Below, in pieces: positions 1-12,100 of a stretch of 64,000 nucleotides of DNA. Made by a program: the position numbers and the translations under genes. The notes under the pieces are model-generated. The model saw only the letters and a program-made list of their open reading frames with translations. It ran no database searches and was not told where the DNA came from. Origin of the DNA: Antedon mediterranea (lineage: Eukaryota; Animalia; Echinodermata); NCBI RefSeq assembly GCF_964355755.1, contig NC_092675.1:20742912-20806911 (forward strand). The letters run 5' to 3'. The first letter of the stretch is position 1. The number at the start of each line of letters is the position of its first letter.

Positions 1-171
1 ACAGCCTAGCTCCTGATGATTTATTGAATTGTGATGAAGAATATTAAATCAAGCCATACAATTATAATCTATTTTCTCATAAGAATATAAATGACATGTG
101 TTTGAATAAGAAAAGTTATAATTTGATAAATAAAGCATTTAAAAAAAATATAATTCCTTAATGTGTTTTAG

Positions 172-3100
172 AAATTGGAATCGCTAAATCAGTTTCCTGA
201 TTTTAACAACTATTTGATATTTGTGCTGACTAAACTGAAAAGTGAAGGTAAACTTTAGTCATGTACATCATAAGTGGTTGTTGCACCAGGTGCACTAAGT
301 TTGATTTTTCCATAATGCATACAGTTTTAGGCTCTTCTACCGGCCTAACATCGTGCTCCCGGTTTTCCACATTTTCCCCGGATTACTATTATTTAATATA
401 TTATAAGACCATCTTCGGTCATGTTTTTATTTTTTCCCAATACTACTTGTCACGCACTGCACTCCTTACCTCTACTGGTCTCAATAATAAGTTGAGGGTG
501 CTGTTGACCTGAACAAAACCCACCACTTCCCGTTTTTTAACCTCAGATGTTGGCATGTATGTATAAGATTGATTTTGTATAAAAACAATTTCACTTATAA
601 ATCAAGATGGCATATACCTTTAGGGATCATTTTTGCATTACTTAGAATTGAGGACAGGTCTGTATCCCAGGTTAGATTAATAATTTTTTGATTGTAAATC
701 TATTTTAATGTTTTGTATACAGATGAACCTACTAGATCTTTAAGTGGGCTTATTCTTAAGAACAATGTGAGGGCGCATTTTCACAACTTCCCAGCGGAGA
801 CAACTGAATTTATCAAAAGAGAATGCTTGCAAAATGTAGGAGATCCATCACCGTTAATTCGGGCCACCATCGGTATCCTGATCACAACTATTGCAACAAA
901 AGGAGAACTACAGAATTGGCAGGAACTTCTGCCGGCACTTTGTCATCTTCTGGATTCAGAGGACTACAACACATGTGAGGTGAGTTCTTGATATGCTGCA
1001 TAAAGCTCTGTCTACACAGTTATCAAACTAGCCCAAATGTGGTAGTGGTATTCCCAAATATGGGAGTGATATGACATCATGTCCATATATGGGCATATCA
1101 TTTTTTTTGTGATATAAAGTTTGATAGTGTAGACAGAGCTTAAGGGGATAGTATACAATGTTCATGAGTTGAATGGGTAGAAAGAGCACTTGAAACCGTC
1201 AGCCTAGTGAGTGGGAGCCAAGTTAAATAGTCAGTCAGGCTTTCGACGAACAAAACATATGTTTTATAATACACCTACTGTTCTAAAGTAAGTCTGCTGC
1301 TTATATCTTTAATCAATGTGGACCATTAGAAAAGGCATCACTCCTATTTTGGTTGTTGAGTTAGTAGCCTTACTTTGCCCAAAATATTTACAAACAGCTT
1401 CCATGTAATAGTACCATTAAATACAACTTTTTTCATCCAATAGAATGAATAGTAAATAGTCAATTTAAACTAGTGTTTTTTTTTATAGGGAGCATTTGGT
1501 GCGTTACAGAAAATATGTGAAGACTCTGCTGAGGTGCTAGACTGCGACAGCCTCAACAGACCACTCAATATTCTCATTCCAAAATTTCTAAGATTCTTTA
1601 AGCATACAAGTCCGAAAATAAGGTGGGTATACAGACACAGTTAAAGGGCTAAATCCTGCTTAAATTAAATTTCTTTAAATAATTAAAACAAAAATGAAAT
1701 GCGTTTTGTAGGTTTTTTTCAAAGCAAGTAAGTGATTTTTCAGCGGTTACTTAACACATTTAATAGTGTGTTTGTTACTTTGGATATTGATTTATTTATG
1801 ATAGTTTAAATATATTTAAGGGTGAAATTGTTAAATCTCGTTAATGTTCCAATCTATGTTATTGTTGCTTTTTTGAATTTATTATACTTTATTATGTTTA
1901 GATTCGACCTGTTAGTGGCGGTTTCTTTGCTGTTGGTTGTGAACTAAATAAAATAATAAAATAAAGTTTTGGTAATTTGTCATATTTTTCAATACATTTT
2001 TTGAATATTATTTTTTATTATATTTCAGATCTCATGCTATAGCCTGTGTGAACCAATTCATTATCAGTAAGACACAAGTTCTTATGCTGCATATTGACGA
2101 CTTCATCAAAGTAAGTTGCCACCATTTTGTAATGGTCAATGTTGCCAGGATCCAAACATCATATTTTTAGAATACTGCATAAACCTACAGTCGCAAGGGA
2201 TGAACATAGGTGTGTCCTCAGCCCGCGATCATCCATCTTCTATGTACTACTTACCACACGAATGTTCATTATTACCCATCCAGGAAATCATGTCTGTTCA
2301 ACCCTCCATTTCCTTGTTGAATAGCCATTGATATCCGATTTGATCTAATTTTCATCATTTAACAATTTTTCATTTAAATTATTTTCCATTCTAAATGTTA
2401 AATTTTAATTAAATGTTTTATGGCATGTTATTATGATTACTAATTTCTGGCATCTAATCAACTACCATTGCTTAAATTGAAGTATAATAATAAATAAACC
2501 ACGGATGAACAACAGTATTTTCATTTTTTTTATCATTATTTCTTTACACTGGGTGACCTCTTCAGTCAAAGACTGGTCTCCCAGAGGGCCGAGACGATGA
2601 GTGGCGGTGTGTACTAGTACATTGTGGTAACCCCCTATTCTTCTCGGAAGATGTAATAGGTTCTTTAAAGTGCCAATGAGCTAGATGTGTACACTGCATC
2701 TATGGTTTATAATCCTTATTCCGAGAAGACTCATTTTACCACCAGAATCTTAAACCTTTGCCAATTTTATGGCCGGTATGGATCGGTTCCACTGTCTTAA
2801 CCGCTCAGCCACTCGTATCTTAAGCTATACTTCTGTATTTAAATGAAATTGAAACAGAAATTCATTTAATATTCTTATTTTTACCTAGAACTTGTTTGAG
2901 TTAGCAAATGATGATGACAATGAAGTCAGAAAGAATGTATGCAGAGCATTGGTCATGCTACTTGAAGTTCGACTGGACATGCTCATACCACATATGCAGA
3001 ATATTATTGAGGTATAATATTTCAAGTGATATTATTTAGTAAATCTCTAAAAGCAAAATACACTCATTAGGTAGGTTCACATTCACCATTGATCATGCTT

Positions 3101-6100
3101 ACTGATCATGATTAAGCCAGTCATTTTAGGTAAACCTTACAATCAAATAACATGCTTAGCTTAATCATCTTAACATGATCAAGTGGAGCCTATTAGTCAC
3201 CAAACAGTGTCCCATTAATAAGGTTGACGGCAGTGTTAAAACATATATTACCTTACATAATATTCCTGTAATATGTGTCCCCTGATTAGTGGTGTCCCCT
3301 GATTAGAAGTGTCCCCTGATTAGTGGTGTCCCCTGATTAGAAGTGTCCCCTGATTAGAAGTGTCCCCTGATTAGAAGTGTCCCCTGATTAGTGGTGTCCC
3401 CTGATTAGTGGTGTCCCCTGATTAGTGGTGTCCCCTGATTAGTGGTGTCCCCTGAATAGTGGTGTCCCCTGAATAGTGGTGTCCCCTGAATAGTGGTGTC
3501 CCCAGAATAGTGGTGTCCCCAGAATAGAGGTATTGAGATATACTGTACTTATCAATAAATATAATTCACAGTATTTGTTGATGCGAACTCAAGACAACGA
3601 TGAATCTGTTGCACTAGAAGCTTGTGAGTTTTGGTTAACTTTAGCAGAGCAACCTGTTTGTAAAGAGGTTCTGGCTGGTCACCTTCAGAGGTAATTATAT
3701 TGCTCAATTTTTCTTTGATATCAACTGTCCTTAACTCACAATGTAAGATAGATGTTGCATATTGCTCTAGCCAAGATAGATGTTGCATATTGCTCTAGCC
3801 AAGATAGATGTTGCATATTGCTCTAGCCAAGATAGATGTTGCATATTGCTCTAGCCAAGATAGATGTTGCATATTGCTCTAGCCAAGATAGATGTTGCAT
3901 ATTGCTCTAGCCAAGATAGATGTTGCATATTGCTCTAGCCAAGATAGATGTTGCATATTGCTCTAGCCAAGATAGATGTTGCATACTGCTCTAGCCAAGA
4001 TAGATGTTGCATACTGCTCTAGCCAAGATAGATGTTGCATACTGCTCTAGCCAAGATAGATGTTGCATATTGCTCTAGCCAAGATAGATGTTGCATACTG
4101 CTCTAGCCAAGATAGATGTTGCATACTGCCCTAGCCAAGATAGATGTTGCATACTGCTCTAGCCAAGATAGATGTTGCATATTGCTCTAGCCAAGATAGA
4201 TGTTGCATACTGCTCTAGCCAAGATAGATGTTGCATACTGCTCTAGCCAAGATAGATGTTGCATACTGCTCTAGCCAAGATAGATGTTGCATACTGCTCT
4301 AGCCAAGATAGATGTTGCATATTGCTCTAGCCAAGATAGATGTTGCATACTGCTCTAGCCAAGATAGATGTTGCATATTGCTCTAGCCAAGATAGATGTT
4401 GCATACTGCTCTAGCCAAGATAGATGTTGCATACTGCTCTAGCCAAGATAGATGTTGCATACTGCTCTAGCCAAGATAGATGTTGCATATTGCTCTAGCC
4501 AAGATAGATGTTGCATACTGCTCTAGCCAAGATAGATGTTGCATAATGCTCTAGCCAAGATTGATGTTGCATACTGCTCTATCCAAGATAGATGTTGCAT
4601 ATTGCTCTAGCCAAGATAGATGTTGCATACTGCTCTAGCCAAGATAGATGTTGCATATTGCTCTAGCCAAGATAGATGTTGCATATTGCTCTAGCCAAGA
4701 TAGATGTTGCATATTGCTCTAGCCAAGATAGATGTTGCATATTGCTCTAGCCAAGATAGATGTTGCATACTGCTCTAGCCAAGATAGATGTTGCATACTG
4801 CTCTAGCCAAGATAGATGTTGCATATTGCTCTAGCCAAGATAGATGTTGCATATTGCTCTAGCCAAGATAGATGTTGCATATTGCTCTAGCCAAGATAGA
4901 TGTTGCATACTGCTCTAGCCAAGATAGATGTTGCATACTGCTCTAGCCAAGATAGATGTTGCATATTGCTCTAGCCAAGATAGATGTTGCATATTGCTCT
5001 AGCCAAGATAGATGTTGCATATTGCTCTAGCCAAGATAGATGTTGCATACTGCTCTAGCCAAGATAGATGTTGCATACTGCTCTAGCCAAGATAGATGTT
5101 GCATACTGCTCTAGCCAAGATAGATGTTGCATATTGCTCTAGCCAAGATAGATGTTGCATATTGCTCTAGCCAAGATAGATGTTGCATACTGCTCTAGCC
5201 AAGATAGATGTTGCATATTGCTCTAGCCAAGATAGATGTTGCATACTGCTCTAGCCAAGATAGATGTTGCATATTGCTCTAGCCAAGATAGATGTTGCAT
5301 ATTGCTCTAGCCAAGATAGATGTTGCATATTGCTCTAGCCAAGATAGATGTTGCATACTGCTCTAGCCAAGATAGATGTTGCATACTGCTCTAGCCAAGA
5401 TAGATGTTGCATATTGCTCTAGCCAAGATAGATGTTGCATACTGCTCTAGCCAAGATAGATGTTGCATATTGCTCTAGCCAAGATAGATGTTGCATACTG
5501 CTCTAGCCAAGATAGATGTTGCATACTGCTCTAGCCAAGATAGATGTTGCATACTGCTCTAGCCAAGATAGATGTTGCATACTGCTCTAGCCAAGATAGA
5601 TGTTGCATACTGCTCTAGCCAAGATAGATGTTGCATATTGCTCTAGCCAAGATAGATGTTGCATATTGCTCTAGCCAAGATAGATGTTGCATACTGCTCT
5701 AGCCAAGATAGATGTTGCATACTGCTCTAGCCAAGATAGATGTTGCATACTGCTCTAGCCAAGATAGATGTTGCATATTGCTCTAGCCAAGATAGATGTT
5801 GCATATTGCTCTAGCCAAGATAGATGTTGCATACTGCTCTAGCCAAGATAGATGTTGCATATTGCTCTAGCCAAGATAGATGTTGCATACTGCTCTAGCC
5901 AAGATAGATGTTGCATATTGCTCTAGCCAAGATGTTGCATATTGCTCTAGCCAAGATAGATGTTGCATACTGCTCTAGCCAAGATAGATGTTGCATACTG
6001 CTCTAGCCAAGATAGATGTTGCATACTGCTCTAGCCAAGATAGATGTTGCATATTGCTCTAGCCAAGATAGATGTTGCATACTGCTCTAGCCAAGATAGA

Positions 6101-9100
6101 TGTTGCATATTGCTCTAGCCAAGATAGATGTTGCATACTGCTCTAGCCAAGATAGATGTTGCATACTGCTCTAGCCAAGATAGATGTTGCATACTGCTCT
6201 AGCCAAGATAGATGTTGCATATTGCTCTAGCCAAGATAGATGTTGCATACTGCTCTAGCCAAGATAGATGTTGCATATTGCTCTAGCCAAGATAGATGTT
6301 GCATATTGCTCTAGCCAAGATAGATGTTGCATATTGCTCTAGCCAAGATAGATGTTGCATACTGCTCTAGCCAAGATAGATGTTGCATACTGCTCTAGCC
6401 AAGATAGATGTTGCATATTGCTCTAGCCAAGATAGATGTTGCATACTGCTCTAGCCAAGATAGATGTTGCATATTGCTCTAGCCAAGATAGATGTTGCAT
6501 ACTGCTCTAGCCAAGATAGATGTTGCATACTGCTCTAGCCAAGATAGATGTTGCATACTGCTCTAGCCAAGATAGATGTTGCATACTGCTCTAGCCAAGA
6601 TAGATGTTGCATATTGCTCTAGCCAAGATAGATGTTGCATATTGCTCTAGCCAAGATAGATGTTGCATATTGCTCTAGCCAAGATAGATGTTGCATACTG
6701 CTCTAGCCAAGATAGATGTTGCATACTGCTCTAGCCAAGATAGATGTTGCATACTGCTCTAGCCAAGATAGATGTTGCATATTGCTCTAGCCAAGATAGA
6801 TGTTGCATATTGCTCTAGCCAAGATAGATGTTGCATACTGCTCTAGCCAAGATAGATGTTGCATATTGCTCTAGCCAAGATAGATGTTGCATACTGCTCT
6901 AGCCAAGATAGATGTTGCATATTGCTCTAGCCAAGATGTTGCATATTGCTCTAGCCAAGATAGATGTTGCATACTGCTCTAGCCAAGATAGATGTTGCAT
7001 ACTGCTCTAGCCAAGATAGATGTTGCATACTGCTCTAGCCAAGATAGATGTTGCATATTGCTCTAGCCAAGATAGATGTTGCATACTGCTCTAGCCAAGA
7101 TAGATGTTGCATATTGCTCTAGCCAAGATAGATGTTGCATACTGCTCTAGCCAAGATAGATGTTGCATACTGCTCTAGCCAAGATAGATGTTGCATACTG
7201 CTCTAGCCAAGATAGATGTTGCATATTGCTCTAGCCAAGATAGATGTTGCATATTGCTCTAGCCAAGATAGATGTTGCATATTGCTCTAGCCAAGATAGA
7301 TGTTGCATATTGCTCTAGCCAAGATAGATGTTGCATATTGCTCTAGCCAAGATAGATGTTGCATATTGCTCTAGTCAAGATAGATGTTGCATATTGCTCT
7401 AGCCAAGATAGATGTTGCATATTGCTCTAGTCAAGATAGATGTTGCATATTGCTCTAGCCAAGATAGATGTTGCATATTGCTCTAGCCAAGATAGATGTT
7501 GCATATTGCTCTAGTCAAGATAGATGTTGCATATTGCTCTAGTCAAGATAGATGTTGCATATTGCTCTAGCCAAGATAGATGTTGCATATTGCTCTAGTC
7601 AAGATAGATGTTGCATATTGCTCTAGCCAAGATAGATGTTGCATATTGCTCTAGCCAAGATAGATGTTATATATTGTTCTATTAAGATCTCATTTGTTGC
7701 AAAGTTCTATACATTTATTTATTTATTTGTTTTTTCTTAGACTGGTTCCAGTACTTGTGAAAGGAATGAAATATTCCGAGATTGATATCATCCTTCTGAA
7801 AGGAGATGTAGAAGATGATGAAACAATTCCCGATAGTGAACAAGACATAAAACCTCGCTTTCATAAATCAAAAACCCATTCTCAGCAACATACTAATGAT
7901 GATGAGGATGTAAGTTATTCTGCGTTTTATTGTTTTCATTTTACTTCAGTCAATACAAATTATTGCAACTTACTAAAATATTTGTATGATTTTTATAATT
8001 ATTTATTTAAAAACACTACTACTGTTTGTTATTTTTTTGTTATAATTATGTGAGACGAAATAAATGAAATGAAATGAAATGAAAATTCTTTAAAGCAAAT
8101 TGTTATTCAATTCAATGTGACCTACATTTGTTTCCTTATATGCATATATGTATAGAAGCCTCTGGCCCATTTACCTTTAAATTGAAATATATAAAACGAT
8201 TTATTTATAATTAATGTTGTCTTCTTTCAAAAGAAACCTAAATATAATGTAGGTAGATTGTTTACTATTTTAATATTTGTTGATGCTAAATTATGAATTT
8301 AAAGTGACATGGGTCCCTGTGATAAAATCAGAGAAGTAACTTAATCTGTTTAAATAAAAAGGACAAACTATGATTAATTATATTCTATACAATTTAAACT
8401 TGTTATTTTCTTTTAATCAATAGAATGATTCGGATTCTGATTACGGAATGGACGATGATGATGCCTTGTCTGATTGGAATCTACGTGAGTAAAAACTTTG
8501 TGTTTTGGTAGAACCTTATCTAAATATCATGATCAATTCTTTTTTGGAGTACTAAAGAATTTATATTTATACAGTAATATGTATACAAATGTATGTAATA
8601 AGTATGTAAACATGTTTTATTTACAATGGTAGTAAGTAGGTATTGTTCAATAGAAAAATAAATCCTGTTTAGCGAGTCATAATGATAATAGAAATTGTAG
8701 TTTACAAGTTTCTTTTCTTTTGAGTATCTAGTTTTTTATATCCGTGTTTAGTAGACCATGACATTTTTTGCCTGGGAATTACTTTACCTAAAGTCTGACT
8801 TGCGTGATATTTACCTTTCAAATACCCAACTAAAGCCAGACTTAAAATAGGAGTTTTATTTATTGCCTGGGAATTAATTCACCTAAAGTCTGACGTATGA
8901 AATGTATTCAATTTTTACCTTTCGAATACCTCAACTAAAGCCTGACTTAAATAATGTTATTTATTTTTTAGGTAAATGTTCGGCAGCTGCATTAGATGTT
9001 CTTGCAAATGTATTTCGAGATGATTTAATGCCAATCCTCTTGCCTATATTAAATGAAACATTAGCCCATGCAGACTGGGAGGTCAAGGAATCTGGTATCC

Positions 9101-12100
9101 TTGTATTGGGTGCAATAGCTGAAGGTAATATCAGCGTGCATGTGTGTCTGTTTACAATACTGGGTAGGACCAGCTTTATGCACAATGTCTATATAAATTA
9201 CTTTATATATTTATGCTATTATGTAATATCATCCAGACAGTGACGTAAGCTATGGGCACTCACTGGCTAAAACCCATGGGGAGATTATGGGGAGCGCCTG
9301 AGCAGTGCCCATAGGAAAAAACAGGCATTAAAATTTGTCTAAAGCGTGGTTCCCACTAGCGACGCAACACAAGGATGTAACGCAACGCAAGTGAATTGAC
9401 CAATCACAAGCGATGGCTTATTCGCTTGTGATTGCTAACTGTCTATAACTTTGCTTGTCATTGGTTAAAACGCTTGCGTTGCGTTTACGTCCTTGCGTTA
9501 CGTTCTAGTGGGAACCAAGCTTAAAAAGGCTAAAAACTCCTGAGGCCTCCAATGTTGAAGGGCCACTTAAACCAGGGGCCTCAGGTCAATTGTGAGATAA
9601 AAATGACCCATCATCCTCCTAGGACTTTCACCCAAATCTAAAAAATGTTTCTAGATTTTGGTAAACCCCACAATGCTTTTATTGTACTCACGTGATACAT
9701 GAAAATGTGTGTATCGATTATTTTTATTCGTAATTTTGTAATCTATTAATATTATAACAGGATGTGGAAATGCTATGGTACCACACTTACCTGAATTGAC
9801 TAAGTACCTAATTCAGTGTCTGTCAGAGAAAAAGGCATTGGTTCGATCCATAACATGTTGGACATTGAGTCGTTATTCACACTGGATTGTCAGTCAACCA
9901 CATGAAACTTATCTTAAACCATTAATGAATGTGGTAAGTACTAATTTATTGTTATGTATCTTATATTTTGTTGGGACATTTTGTGTTGTTGCTTGAAGGT
10001 GTAGATTAGTTCTAAAGCTTATAGAAGCATATCTCTCCTACTCTACTCTGTGTACTTAGATACTACAATAGTGTCAGGGTTTAAAAGGGTGGGGGTAATA
10101 ACCTGAAACTATGGTATACAGTATTTTCGTTGTCTACCTTCATAGAGGTATGTTACCTGCTTACTATGTATTGGGTCAATAGGGTAGAGGTATGTTACCT
10201 GCTTACTATGTATTGGGTCAATAGGGTAGAGGTATGTTACCAGCTTACTATGTATTGGGTCAATAGGGTAGAGGTATGTTACCTGCTTACTATGTATTGG
10301 GTCAATAGGGTAGAGGTATGTTACCTGCTTACTATGTATTGGGTCAATAGGGTAGAGGTATGTTACCTGCTTACTATGTATTGGGTCAATAGGGTAGAGG
10401 TATGTTACCTGCTTACTATGTATTGGGTCAATAGGGTAGAGGTATGTTACCTGCTTACTATGTATTGGGTCAATAGGGTAGAGGTATGTTACCTGCTTAC
10501 TATGTATTGGGTCAATAGGGTAGAGGTATGTTACCTGCTTGCTAGGTATTGGGTCAATAGGGTAGAGGTATGTTACCTGCTTGCTATGTATTGGGTCAAT
10601 AGGGTAGAGGTATGTTACCTGCTTGCTATGTATTGGGTCAATAGGATAGAGGTATGTTACCTGCTTGCTATGTATCGGTATAGTTGTATGTTTTTGTATT
10701 AGCAAAATTGTCTAAACACCTTACACTACAGTGATCTAGGAGGAGGTTTAGGATCTAGATCTGATTGTCTGCTCAAAGCATCCCAGTCAAATATGCCATT
10801 AATAAATGATATTTTGTATTTTATAGCTTTTACAAAGAATACTCGACTCAAACAAAAGAGTACAGGAAGCAGCTTGTAGTGCATTTGCCACACTGGAAGA
10901 GGAGGCTTGCACAGAACTCGTACCGTATCTGGAAATTATACTACAAACACTAGTGTATGCATTCAGTAAATATCAACACAAGAACCTTCTTATACTTTAT
11001 GATGCAATTGGTACTCTTGCTGATTCCGTCGGACATCATCTAAACAAGGAGGTAGATTAGTTTGTCATATACAGTCCACTTTCTTTAGCTGACTTTTTTT
11101 GGTTTCGAATAAAGTGGTGTCGTAGTTTGATGGTTAAGATTCTTGGCTACTAGGATCCTGGGTTCAAATCCTATCTGTTCTGAAATAGTGATGAAATTGA
11201 CCTTGAATCTGCAATCCTTTGCAAGCCTAAATAATGTGATTATAACAGACAAACATACATTAGGACCTCCTCTTCAGTCCTTTAGAAAACCCACATTAAT
11301 GGGACAATTTCCCTTAAAAACGAAAAATTTAAGGAAAAATGTGGCCAACCATTATTTAAGACACCATTAATAATGGTTTTACTGTATTTGCCTACTAAAG
11401 AGTATATATGATTTGTATTTTGTATATACAATTTAATTCTTTTTTTAATTTGTTAGGAATATATTAATATGCTGATGCCACCTCTTATTGAGAAATGGAA
11501 CACTTTACGAGATGAGGATAAGGATTTATTTCCCCTGCTAGAGTGCTTGTCATCTGTTGCTACAGCTCTGCAATCTGGATTCTTGCCATACAGCGAACCA
11601 GTTTATCAGAGATGTGTATCATTAACTGAATCAACACTCGCACAAATACAGGTAGGCTGTGGCATAATTAGGAATTTGGTTGGAGGACAAGAAGTCTATG
11701 CTCACGCTAACTATTCGCGTTTCCACAAATGGCGATTGGAGTTGTCAATTTACGGAAAAAACAAACAACACTCAACAAAAACTCAAAATTCCGTCCGCCT
11801 AGGCTTCAAATTAAGTTTTATGTAAATCACAACGACTTCCCCGCCGTTGCCATCCTAAGCGATAGCAATTGCGTTACTTGCCTATCAACAATGTTTTTTT
11901 CACGTCACTCGAGTCAATTAAAACAAGATTTCTGTTCATAGGCATATTTATTGTACAGGCGAGTAGTTGGAAATCATGCTATCTGTAAATGTACACATGC
12001 CCAACTAAAGAGAATTTATTTTGTGCAATTTATCATGTGCAGTAATTGTAATTACGAACAAACAGACAAACTGCATATGTATAGATGCTGATTAGGCCTA

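Noticed and set aside
3745-7676. CRISPR-like appearance of a 28-bp repeat
   Set aside because: Units are head-to-tail with no unique spacers, there are no cas genes, and the context is a eukaryotic intron.
8965-8980. AG|GTAAAT ratchet-like (recursive splice) site; similar AG|GT starts at 14449, 46445 and 56212
   Set aside because: The GT is required by the codons (Arg/Gly/Val), and the introns are short, unlike known recursively spliced introns.
10109-10705. 190-198-aa ORFs with 14-aa repeats on both strands
   Set aside because: They are a by-product of a 42-bp (multiple of 3) intronic minisatellite, with no unique coding sequence or splice context.
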